A stretch of DNA of 36,362 bases from Chitinophagales bacterium (GTDB taxonomy: Bacteria; Bacteroidota; Bacteroidia; Chitinophagales; UBA8649). The notes beneath the pieces were generated by a model. The model saw only the letters and a list, made by a program, of their open reading frames with translations, did no database searches and was not told the DNA's origin. Where the stretch lies: NCBI GenBank assembly GCA_049614465.1, contig JBMZDS010000001.1, forward strand, positions 1 through 36,362. Reading direction: 5' to 3'. The position numbers were made by a program, and so were the translations under genes. Positions 1 to 7,923 of the stretch are shown piece after piece. How positions within the stretch are numbered: the first letter of the stretch is position 1; each line of letters begins with the position of its first letter.

Positions 1-1
1 C

Positions 2-1372
2 ACAAGAACCGATTCGCCATTGATTAAAGCTGAAGATGCCATAGAAATAGATAATTCTGACTTAACCATAGACGAGCAAATCTCCACGCTTTTGGAGCTA
101 TCTAAAGCAAAAATAGAAAAAGCGATAAAATCACTCAAAGAAGCTTATAATCCTGTGCGTAAAGATTTGGTAGAGATTGCTAAAAAAGTATTGCGCATCA
201 CAGGAAAAGAAAAAATAGCATCTCGCGCTGCATTGCAAGGATGGTTAAAATTGTTTTTGGCAGATGCTGCTGAAAAATACAATACGCATCTCTATAGCGA
301 AGGCAAAGAAGCTGCTTTAAAAGTTGCAGAAGTAAAGCCTGTTTTTACAGAAAAGTCTGTAGAAAAGAATGGTTATGAGATATTGAATACAGCTTTTGAT
401 AAAATTATAGAACGAGATTCAAGAGTTATTGCTTTTGGAGAAGATGTTGGGAAAATAGGTGATGTCAATCAAGGATTTGCCGGATTGCAAGATAAGTATG
501 GAAAAGAACGAGTGTTTGATACAGGTATTCGTGAGTTGACTATCATGGGGCAAGCGATAGGAATGGCGATGAGAGGTCTCCGTCCTATAGCAGAGATTCA
601 ATATTTGGATTATCTTATTTATGGATTGCAACCACTTTGTGATGATGTTGCTACATTGCGATATCGTACCAAAGGATTACAAAAATGTCCATTGATTATT
701 CGTACAAGAGGACATCGACTAGAAGGAATATGGCATTCGGGAAGTCCTATCGGTATGATTATTAATTCGCTGAGAGGAATGAATGTTCTTGTACCTAGAA
801 ATATGACACAAGCTGCAGGATTTTACAATACAGTATTAAAATCTGATGAGCCTGCACTTATCATAGAATGTCTCAATGGCTATCGTCTCAAAGAAAAAAT
901 GCCAGAGAATATTGATGAATTTTGTTTGCCATTAGGGCGACCAGAAGTATTGCAAGCAGGAAATGATGTAACGCTCGTTACTTATGGTTCTTGTGTCCGT
1001 ATAGCCGAAAAAGCAATGGAGCAACTTGAAGAGCAAGGCGTATCTGTGGAGTTGATCGATGTGCAGACTTTATTGCCATTTGATATCAATCATAGCATCG
1101 TAGAATCATTGAAAAAAACGAATCGAATCGTTTTCTTGGATGAAGATGTACCAGGAGGAGCAAGTGCATATATGTTGCAAAAAGTGCTCGAAGAACAAGG
1201 AGGGTATCAGCATCTCGATTCGCAACCTGTTACTATTGCGGCAAAAGCGCATCGCCCACCTTATGGTACAGATGGAGATTATTTTTCAAAACCTAATGCC
1301 GAAGATATTTTTGAAGCTGTTTATTCATTGATGAATGAAGCAGAACCTACAAAATATCCTTTACTTTATTGA
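2..1372 (+). CDS. 2-oxoacid dehydrogenase E1 component, C-terminal transketolase-like (beta) half of a fused alpha/beta protein; the 5' end lies outside the window
   Basis: Frame 2 is open from the window edge, so the TTG at 20 is only the ORF caller's first start. Residues ~117-450 carry E1-beta pyrimidine-binding and C-terminal domain motifs: AFGEDVGKIGDVNQG, GLQDKYGKERVFDTGIRE, RPIAEIQYLDY, RTRGHRLEGIWHSGSP, VTLVTYGS, IDVQTLLPFD, FLDEDVPGGASAY. TGA stop at 1370-1372. Confidence 0.85.
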   Translation, partial: TRTDSPLIKAEDAIEIDNSDLTIDEQISTLLELSKAKIEKAIKSLKEAYNPVRKDLVEIAKKVLRITGKEKIASRAALQGWLKLFLADAAEKYNTHLYSEGKEAALKVAEVKPVFTEKSVEKNGYEILNTAFDKIIERDSRVIAFGEDVGKIGDVNQGFAGLQDKYGKERVFDTGIRELTIMGQAIGMAMRGLRPIAEIQYLDYLIYGLQPLCDDVATLRYRTKGLQKCPLIIRTRGHRLEGIWHSGSPIGMIINSLRGMNVLVPRNMTQAAGFYNTVLKSDEPALIIECLNGYRLKEKMPENIDEFCLPLGRPEVLQAGNDVTLVTYGSCVRIAEKAMEQLEEQGVSVELIDVQTLLPFDINHSIVESLKKTNRIVFLDEDVPGGASAYMLQKVLEEQGGYQHLDSQPVTIAAKAHRPPYGTDGDYFSKPNAEDIFEAVYSLMNEAEPTKYPLLY

Positions 1373-1390
1373 TTTTGGAACACTTATTGG

Positions 1391-1398
1391 TATATTTG
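1391..1398 (+). promoter_or_regulatory. Candidate Bacteroidota -7 promoter box (TAtaTTTG) for the BON-LysM gene
   Basis: Exact TAnnTTTG match 33 nt upstream of the ATG at 1431. An ATTG lies 19 nt further upstream as a possible -33 element. Motif match only. Confidence 0.35.
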
Positions 1399-1430
1399 AG
1401 ATATTCGATAACTAAAACATAAAAAAAAAC

Positions 1431-1898
1431 ATGGGATTATTTTCATTTGTAAAAGATGCTGGAGCTAAAATTTTTGGTTCTAAAGAAGAAGAAGCACAAG
1501 TAGTAGAAAGAGCGAAAGCAGATCATCTTTTAAAAAGAATCAAACAATTTAATTTGCGTAGCGATAGTGTGGAAGCTACATTGCAGGGAGATGTACTTAC
1601 ATTGACAGGTACAGTAGATACAGAGAAAGAAAAGAATAGAATAATCATGGCAATGGGGAATTATAGAGGTATTGCAAAGGTAGACGACCGAATAGTCGTA
1701 GAAGAAGCTTGTTGTGATGTTCCTTTAGAAAAACAATTTTATACAGTAAAAAGTGGAGATTCTTTGTCTAAAATATCAAAAGCAGTTTATGGCGATGCAA
1801 ATAAATACAATGTGATATTTGAGGCGAACAAACCAATGCTTTCTGATCCAAACTTAATTTATCCAGGACAAAATTTAGTGATTCCAGTGTTAGATTAA
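1431..1898 (+). CDS. kbp: BON + LysM domain protein (potassium-binding protein Kbp/YgaU family; peptidoglycan-binding LysM)
   Basis: Resembles E. coli YgaU/Kbp over its full length as I remember it: MGLFSFVKDAG start, BON-type core (LTGTVDTEKEKNRIIMAMGNYRGIAKVDD) and C-terminal LysM (YTVKSGDSLSKISKAVYGDANKYNVIFEANKPMLSDPNLIYPGQ). The leader is A-rich and a terminator follows. Confidence 0.9.
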   Translation: MGLFSFVKDAGAKIFGSKEEEAQVVERAKADHLLKRIKQFNLRSDSVEATLQGDVLTLTGTVDTEKEKNRIIMAMGNYRGIAKVDDRIVVEEACCDVPLEKQFYTVKSGDSLSKISKAVYGDANKYNVIFEANKPMLSDPNLIYPGQNLVIPVLD

Positions 1899-1925
1899 GT
1901 GTAAGAAAATTAAAATTTTTTAAGC

Positions 1926-1960
1926 AAGGCTATTTCATTAGAAATAGCCTTTTTATTTTT
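1926..1960 (+). terminator. Rho-independent terminator after the BON-LysM gene
   Basis: 11-bp perfect stem aaggctatttc / gaaatagcctt with loop atta, followed by tttatttt. Confidence 0.7.
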
Positions 1961-2057
1961 AGTAGCCCTAAAATCTTAAGGGCAATCGCTATAGTCTCCA
2001 TACTTATAGAATGGTAGGGCACTTATTTTTAGATTTCGATAAGTATATTTGTTATGT

Positions 2058-2672
2058 ATGAAAAGTAAGAAATGGAAAATAGTCTTGTTTGCGGTATTCA
2101 TTTTATTTGTGATTCTATTGCTATCTAGGAATTTTATTTTGTCCGCAGCGGGCAATTTTCTGGTATATCAAGACGAGATAAATCATGTAGAGTATGCTTT
2201 TGTGCTTTCGGGACAAGCTTATGATAGAGGAGATGAAGCTATCAATCTATATATGGATGAAAAGATTGAAAAAATCATTTGCACTGGAGAAAATATGCCT
2301 TCAGATATAAAATCGTTGGGCTTGAACTATTTAGAGAGTGATTTGACCGCAATGCGAATTTTAGAACAAATGGAAGATAGTTCAATTGTCTCCATTTTGC
2401 CAAAAGGCACTTCAACACGAGAAGAAGCTGAAGCGATAATGTCTTATTGTATGGCGAATAAAATTACGGAATGTGTTATCGTAAGTTCACTTTTTCATAC
2501 TCGGAGAGTGAAAAATGTTTTTCAAAAAGATTTTGCAAAAGCAGGGATATCTGTATATATACATGGTGCTCCCAGCAGTAGTTATGAAGAAGAGAAATGG
2601 TGGAAGAGCGAGTACGGTCTTATCGCAGTCAACAATGAGTATTTGAAACTCTTGTATTATTTGATGAAGTAA
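2058..2672 (+). CDS. YdcF/DUF218 family (ElyC/SanA-like) membrane-anchored protein
   Basis: N-terminal TM helix followed by a DUF218-like core (FVLSGQAYDRGDEAINLY, ICTGEN, TSTREEAE, VSSLFHTRR). I prefer the ATG at 2058 (MKSKKWK) to the TTG at 2049. A TAtaTTTG box lies at 2044-2051. Confidence 0.75.
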   Translation: MKSKKWKIVLFAVFILFVILLLSRNFILSAAGNFLVYQDEINHVEYAFVLSGQAYDRGDEAINLYMDEKIEKIICTGENMPSDIKSLGLNYLESDLTAMRILEQMEDSSIVSILPKGTSTREEAEAIMSYCMANKITECVIVSSLFHTRRVKNVFQKDFAKAGISVYIHGAPSSSYEEEKWWKSEYGLIAVNNEYLKLLYYLMK

Positions 2673-2674
2673 TT

Positions 2675-3922
2675 CTAAAACTTATGTACAAACAATCCAG
2701 AGCGTAATTTTGGCTCAAACCATGTCGATTTTGGTGGCATTACATTGCCCGAATCTGCTACAGCTATCAATTGTTCTATTGTCACAGGATGGATAGCAAA
2801 AGCCATACACATTTCACCACTATCTACTCTGCGAGCGAGTTCTTCTACTCCTCTTATCCCTCCTACAAAGTCAATGCGCTCATCTGTGCGCTGGTCACTT
2901 ATGCCGAGTAATGGATCTATCACATAGCGAGAAAGAATACTAATATCTAGGCTTTCCACTGCATCATCATTTTGCATGATAAGTTGGTCTGCTGATAGTT
3001 TGTACCATTGTTTGTCTATATACAATCCAAATTCTCCATTGATAGATGGGCGAACAGGCTCTGTAATAGCTGTAAGTGAAAAATTAGTCAATAATGCTGT
3101 TAAAAATTCTTCTGTACTGATGTCTGGCAACATATCTTTTATCACACGATTGTAATCGATGATTTGTAGTTGGTCAGCAGGAAATAGAACGGATAAAAAA
3201 TAATTGAATGATTCATTTCCTGTATAATTAGGATTTTGCTCACGTAAGCGTTGTCCTACTTTTGCTGATGCAGCTGAGCGATGATGTCCATCTGCAACAT
3301 ATGTTTTATTGATTTGTGTATCAAAAATTGCCGTTATTTGATCGATAGTTGTTTTATCATCTATTTTCCATACACGGTGGCCTATTTTATCTTCAGATTC
3401 AAAATCATATATCGCATCATTATTGTTTGCCCAGTTTTCAATAATACCATCTAACTCTTTTACAGGCTTGTATGTCAAAAATACAGGACCAATATGCGCA
3501 CTCAAAGTCGCCATATGTTCTATGCGGTCATTCTCTTTTTTAGGGCGTGTATATTCGTGTTTTTTTATCACATCGTCAAAATAATCATCAATGCTACTTG
3601 TACAGACCAATCCTTTTTGAATGTGTTTCCCCATTTGCTGTTCATAGATGTAGTAGCAAGGTTTATCATCTTGTATAAGCCATTCTTTTTCGATAAATTC
3701 GTCAAGATTCTTCTTGCCTTGTTGGTAGACTTCTTTTGAGTAAGTATCAATGCCTTCTTTCAAGTCTATTTCCGGTTTATTGATGCGTAGAAAAGAAAGT
3801 TCATTGCCTTTTGCCTCTTCTCTCGCTTCTTGACTATTAAGCACATCATAAGGACGAGAAGCTATTTTTTCTGCTTTATCTTGCTGAGGGCGAAATGCTT
3901 GAAAAGGTTTGATGATTGCCAT
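2675..3922 (-). CDS. DUF1015 family protein (conserved, function unknown)
   Basis: Typical DUF1015 N-terminus (MAIIKPFQAFRP..ASRPYDV) and the ADGHHRSAAS motif. 415 aa, TAG stop. Confidence 0.85.
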   Translation of the reverse strand: MAIIKPFQAFRPQQDKAEKIASRPYDVLNSQEAREEAKGNELSFLRINKPEIDLKEGIDTYSKEVYQQGKKNLDEFIEKEWLIQDDKPCYYIYEQQMGKHIQKGLVCTSSIDDYFDDVIKKHEYTRPKKENDRIEHMATLSAHIGPVFLTYKPVKELDGIIENWANNNDAIYDFESEDKIGHRVWKIDDKTTIDQITAIFDTQINKTYVADGHHRSAASAKVGQRLREQNPNYTGNESFNYFLSVLFPADQLQIIDYNRVIKDMLPDISTEEFLTALLTNFSLTAITEPVRPSINGEFGLYIDKQWYKLSADQLIMQNDDAVESLDISILSRYVIDPLLGISDQRTDERIDFVGGIRGVEELARRVDSGEMCMAFAIHPVTIEQLIAVADSGNVMPPKSTWFEPKLRSGLFVHKF

Positions 3923-4006
3923 AAAATAAGTTTTTAGAGGCTAAACTTACTACTTATTTTGATTTCAATTCAAATTCTGGAATAGAACTTTATACTTGAT
4001 ATTTTT

Positions 4007-4657
4007 TTAGAAAGGCAAAATCATAGTAATCTTGTCGTACATCGTATAGGCGATAAACTGCGCAAAGAATCCAATCAAAAAACCACCATAGACTTCTGAC
4101 TTGGTATGTGCGTCAAGATATAGGCGTGCAGAACCTACAACTCCTGCCAAAATAATAGCAGCGATGAAGAAACCAACAAGATTGACTTTTGCTGTAGGGA
4201 TGATTTGCAATAGCATTCCTACTAGCCCACCCATTCCGATAGTGTGAAAACTGATTTTTTGTAAAGCATTAAAGAAAAAAGCTAAGAAAACAGCAATCAC
4301 AGATCCTAAAATCATATTGGATAATACAATATTAGAAGAAAAGACGGTTTTTCCATTAGGCATATACATCAAGAATGCCAATAACCAAAAGGTAGCTACT
4401 GCTATCATCGGGATAAAACGCATTTTCCTATCTTCTAATTCTATAGAGTCTATTATTTTCAATGCACGCATGAGTAGCATAGAGAAAAGAGGGTAAAATG
4501 TCATTAAGCCTATCAGTAAACCTATATGAATGACAAAATGTTTGCCTTGCAAATAGGCGAAACGAATAGGATGACTACAGACTATTATTAATGCCATGTA
4601 TATAGGCAAAAAAATAGGATGTAGAACGAATGATATGATTTTTGCGAAATGCTTCAC
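4007..4657 (-). CDS. Polytopic membrane protein, probably a degenerate PAP2-superfamily phosphatase
   Basis: About six hydrophobic helices. The C-terminal segment GSARLYLDAHTKSEVYGGFLIG resembles PAP2 motif 3 (SR..x..H..x..D/E). GTG start. Family call is from motif memory only. Confidence 0.5.
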   Translation of the reverse strand: MKHFAKIISFVLHPIFLPIYMALIIVCSHPIRFAYLQGKHFVIHIGLLIGLMTFYPLFSMLLMRALKIIDSIELEDRKMRFIPMIAVATFWLLAFLMYMPNGKTVFSSNIVLSNMILGSVIAVFLAFFFNALQKISFHTIGMGGLVGMLLQIIPTAKVNLVGFFIAAIILAGVVGSARLYLDAHTKSEVYGGFLIGFFAQFIAYTMYDKITMILPF

Positions 4658-4743
4658 ATGTTATTATTTATGAGACAAAGGTAAACATCATAAAGGACAA
4701 TTGTAATCTCGGAGAAAAAACTTTGGAAACTTTTAAGCTTTTT

Positions 4744-4775
4744 TTTGTTTCCCTTGTTTTGTATGTGTATCTTTG
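4744..4775 (+). promoter_or_regulatory. Candidate sigma-A promoter of the TetR/efflux operon (-33 TTTG, -7 TAtcTTTG)
   Basis: TTTG at 4744-4747 and TAtcTTTG at 4768-4775, 20 nt apart, which fits the Bacteroidota TTTG-N19-21-TAnnTTTG architecture. The -7 box ends 9 nt before the ATG at 4785. Confidence 0.35.
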
Positions 4776-4784
4776 CACTCAATT

Positions 4785-5399
4785 ATGACACAGGAACAAC
4801 AAATATTGATAAAAGCTGAGTCTTTATTTTTCAAGCTAGGGGTGAAATCTATCACGATGGATGATTTGGCAAGAGAAATGGGTGTTTCTAAAAAAACAAT
4901 CTATAAATACGTAGATAATAAGGCGGATTTGGTCAAAAAAGTAATGCAAAATCATTTTGAGCAAGAGAGATCTGTAATGGATTCTATATTATCTGCACAT
5001 GATAATGCGATAGATGAAATGATAGCCATAATTCGCAATGTGCTAAAACACGTAAGGGGAATACATCCTTCATCTATTTATGATATTCAGAAATATTATC
5101 CTGAAAGTTGGGCGATGTTCAAAGAGTTTAAAGACAATTTTATATACTCTTGTGTACTCAATAATCTTCAACATGGAAAAGAAGAAGGATTTTATCGAGA
5201 AAACTTCAATCCCGAAATCATTGCAAAAATATATGTTCACTCTATAGATTTTGTAGTCAATCCAATGAATTTTCCACCTACAGAATACAGTTTTGTCAAT
5301 TTATACTTAGAATATATTCGCTATCACTTGAGAGGAATAGCATCTATAAAAGGAATCGAATACTTAAAAAACATACAATTAAACGAAGATGATAAATAA
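4785..5399 (+). CDS. TetR/AcrR family transcriptional regulator (first gene of the efflux operon)
   Basis: N-terminal HTH: ILIKAESLFFKLGVKSITMDDLAREMGVSKKTIYKYVDNKADLV. I prefer the ATG at 4785 to the TTG at 4773, which overlaps the predicted -7 box. The 3' end overlaps the TolC start by 11 nt. Confidence 0.85.
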   Translation: MTQEQQILIKAESLFFKLGVKSITMDDLAREMGVSKKTIYKYVDNKADLVKKVMQNHFEQERSVMDSILSAHDNAIDEMIAIIRNVLKHVRGIHPSSIYDIQKYYPESWAMFKEFKDNFIYSCVLNNLQHGKEEGFYRENFNPEIIAKIYVHSIDFVVNPMNFPPTEYSFVNLYLEYIRYHLRGIASIKGIEYLKNIQLNEDDK

Positions 5400-6714
5400 A
5401 TTTTTTACCATAACACTTGCCTTATGCGTTAGCTTTTCTAGTTTTTCGCAAGTAGTGGAAAATAATTTTTCGCTACAAGAGGCTATCAACTATGGTGTAG
5501 AAAACAACTACAGTTTTAAAAATGATGAGTTAGATGCTGAGATAAAGCGTAAGCAAGCATTTGAGGTGATGACAGAAGGATTTCCAAAAATCAATGCAAA
5601 ACTTGATTACAATTTCAATTTTGAACAGCAAGTTAGTCTTTTGCCAGCAGGAGTTTTTGGACCAGAACCTACAGAGATAGCTTTTGGAGCACCACACAAT
5701 GCGACATTGCAAGTAGAGGCTACTCAGTTGATTTTTGATGCACGCTATATCTATGGCATGAAAGCAAGACAAGGATTGTTGAAACTGGCAGATACACAAG
5801 TAGAAATCAGTGAGATAGATACAAGAGAAATGATAGCAAAAGCATACTATGCTGTATTGGTGTCAGAACAATCTTATGAGCAGCTCGCAAGTACGCAAAG
5901 TATTATGCAGTCTGTATTGGATGAGACTAGAGCTATCTATGAGCAAGGATTTACTGATGAGTTGTCAGTCAATAGACTAGAACTTAACCTTGCCAATCTA
6001 GAAACTCAAATCTCAAGTGCAGAGCAGCAAGCAGAAAATGCACTGATGAATCTAAAGTATGAGATAGGTATGCCACAAGAAGAGTCATTGGTTTTAGCTG
6101 ATGATTTGTATTCGTTTTTGACGACATTGAGTTTTGATATCCAAGATGATGCCGCTGTTGAAAATCGTCCAGAAAACACTCTTTTTGAGACTTTCGACAA
6201 GATGCGTACTTATGATATAAAGCAAGCACGTTCAGTATATTTTCCTAGTTTTTATGGCTTTGCTAGCTATGGAACGAATGCACAACGAGATGCTTTCAAT
6301 TTTTTCAATGATCAGCGATGGTTTGATTATGGTATGGTAGGATTCAATATCAATATTCCAATATTTGATGGATTAGCGGGAAGAGCGCAAGTACAACAGC
6401 GTCAAATCCAAAAGGAACAAAATCTTAATGATTGGGAAAATTTCAAGCAAGGATTTGAATTGCAAATCACAACAACTGAAAATAATCTTGTGACAGCAAT
6501 CAACGAATTTAATACACAACAGGATAATGTAGCATTGGCGCAAAAAATTCTAGACAAAACAGTCATTATGTTTAATGAAGGGATAGGAAGTAGTCTTGAA
6601 CTGTCACAAGCGCAGCAAGAATATACCACTACTCAAATCAACTATTCGCAAGCGATATACAATTTGCTGATAGCACAACTTGAATTGGAAAAAGCAAAAG
6701 GAAACTTAAAATAA
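5389..6714 (+). CDS. TolC-family outer membrane efflux protein
   Basis: Signal peptide (MINKFFTITLALCVSFSSFSQ). Two-repeat coiled-coil/beta-barrel pattern typical of OEP/TolC. Sits in the TetR-TolC-MFP-RND order common in Bacteroidota. Confidence 0.85.
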   Translation: MINKFFTITLALCVSFSSFSQVVENNFSLQEAINYGVENNYSFKNDELDAEIKRKQAFEVMTEGFPKINAKLDYNFNFEQQVSLLPAGVFGPEPTEIAFGAPHNATLQVEATQLIFDARYIYGMKARQGLLKLADTQVEISEIDTREMIAKAYYAVLVSEQSYEQLASTQSIMQSVLDETRAIYEQGFTDELSVNRLELNLANLETQISSAEQQAENALMNLKYEIGMPQEESLVLADDLYSFLTTLSFDIQDDAAVENRPENTLFETFDKMRTYDIKQARSVYFPSFYGFASYGTNAQRDAFNFFNDQRWFDYGMVGFNINIPIFDGLAGRAQVQQRQIQKEQNLNDWENFKQGFELQITTTENNLVTAINEFNTQQDNVALAQKILDKTVIMFNEGIGSSLELSQAQQEYTTTQINYSQAIYNLLIAQLELEKAKGNLK

Positions 6715-6736
6715 AAAATTGACAAAAATATATACA

Positions 6737-7879
6737 ATGAAAAATTTATCAATAATAGCAATCATCGCCACTTTCTTCTTGGTAAGCTGTGGAGGAGGTC
6801 CAGAAACTGACTTGGATACTAAAAAGGCAGATTTGGAAAAAATAGAAGGACAGATAGATTCATTAAAATCAGTAGCTTTTGATTTGAAAGAAGAAATTGC
6901 AGAATTGGATTCTACTACAACTGAGATAGTAAAAGCAGTGACAATTGTAGAAGCGACAGAAACTCCATTTGACCATTATCTTACAGTATCAGGTACAAGC
7001 TATGCCGAAAATAATGTGCAAGTTACTACAGATATGGGTGGACTAGTAAAAGCTGTCTATGTAAATGAAGGACAATATGTTTCTGCTGGAGCGATTATGT
7101 TTCAAATGGATAATTCTACTATTTTGCCTCAAATAGAAGAGATAAAAACAGGCTTAGATTTGGCAACTTCTGTTTTTCAAAAAAGAGAAAATCTTTGGAA
7201 TCAAAACATCGGATCAGAGATAGAATACTTACAAGCTAAGAATCAAATGGAATCTTTGCAGAAATCTTTAGCTACAGCTAATTCGCAATTGGCAAAGACA
7301 ACAATTAAAGCCCCTATTTCTGGTTATGTAGATGCTGTCAATCTTCAAGTAGGAAATATGGCATCTCCTGGTCATGCAGCAGCACAAGTAGTCAATCTTT
7401 CTCAAATGGAAATCCATGCCAACGTGCCTGAAGTATATGTAGGTACAGTTAAAAAAGGCGATAAAGTAATGGTTGATTTCCCTGTTTTAGGACTAGAAAA
7501 AGAGGCGACTGTGGAGTCTGTAGGGCAAAATATCAGTACAGGAAACAGAACGTTTAAAGTAATAGCATCAATAGCAAATAGCAAAAATGAGTTGAAACCA
7601 AATATGCTAGCAGATATCAAAATCAACGATTTGAGTTTAGAAAAAGCAATTGCTATTCCTTCAAAATTGATACAAGAATCTTCTCATGACTACTTTGTAT
7701 TTGTCGCACAGACAGATTCTACAAACGGAAAGACTATCGCTACAAAGAAAGTTGTAGTGCCAGGCGAATCTTATGACGGAAATACAGTGATAGAAACCGG
7801 ATTAGAAGCAGGAGATTTAGTCATTGATGAAGGATATAGAACAGTACTAGAAGGATCGTTGGTAGAAATCAATGAATAA
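6737..7879 (+). CDS. Efflux RND periplasmic adaptor (membrane fusion protein), lipoprotein
   Basis: Lipobox FLVSC-GGG when started at ATG 6737. Contains a coiled-coil hairpin, a lipoyl/beta-barrel segment (IKAPISGYVDAVNLQVGNM) and an HlyD-type C-terminus. Confidence 0.85.
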   Translation: MKNLSIIAIIATFFLVSCGGGPETDLDTKKADLEKIEGQIDSLKSVAFDLKEEIAELDSTTTEIVKAVTIVEATETPFDHYLTVSGTSYAENNVQVTTDMGGLVKAVYVNEGQYVSAGAIMFQMDNSTILPQIEEIKTGLDLATSVFQKRENLWNQNIGSEIEYLQAKNQMESLQKSLATANSQLAKTTIKAPISGYVDAVNLQVGNMASPGHAAAQVVNLSQMEIHANVPEVYVGTVKKGDKVMVDFPVLGLEKEATVESVGQNISTGNRTFKVIASIANSKNELKPNMLADIKINDLSLEKAIAIPSKLIQESSHDYFVFVAQTDSTNGKTIATKKVVVPGESYDGNTVIETGLEAGDLVIDEGYRTVLEGSLVEINE

Positions 7880-7923
7880 TAGCTGTTTTTAGACAAAAAA
7901 ATAATCACTCAATAGATACAGAA

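Noticed and set aside
2-130. The first ~35 codons (..RTDSPLIKAEDAIEIDNSDLTIDEQISTLLEL..) look like the C-terminus of cytidylate kinase (PL..A.DA..iD.S.L.i.E), which would suggest a Cmk-E1 fusion or a chimeric junction.
   Set aside because: The C-terminal helix region of E1-alpha domains in fused alpha/beta E1 proteins (DPI....L.....T.EE...I.....I..A) fits equally well. The frame is continuous into an E1 linker and beta domain. With only 35 residues and no search tool I cannot tell the two apart, and the single fused E1 gene is the simpler reading.
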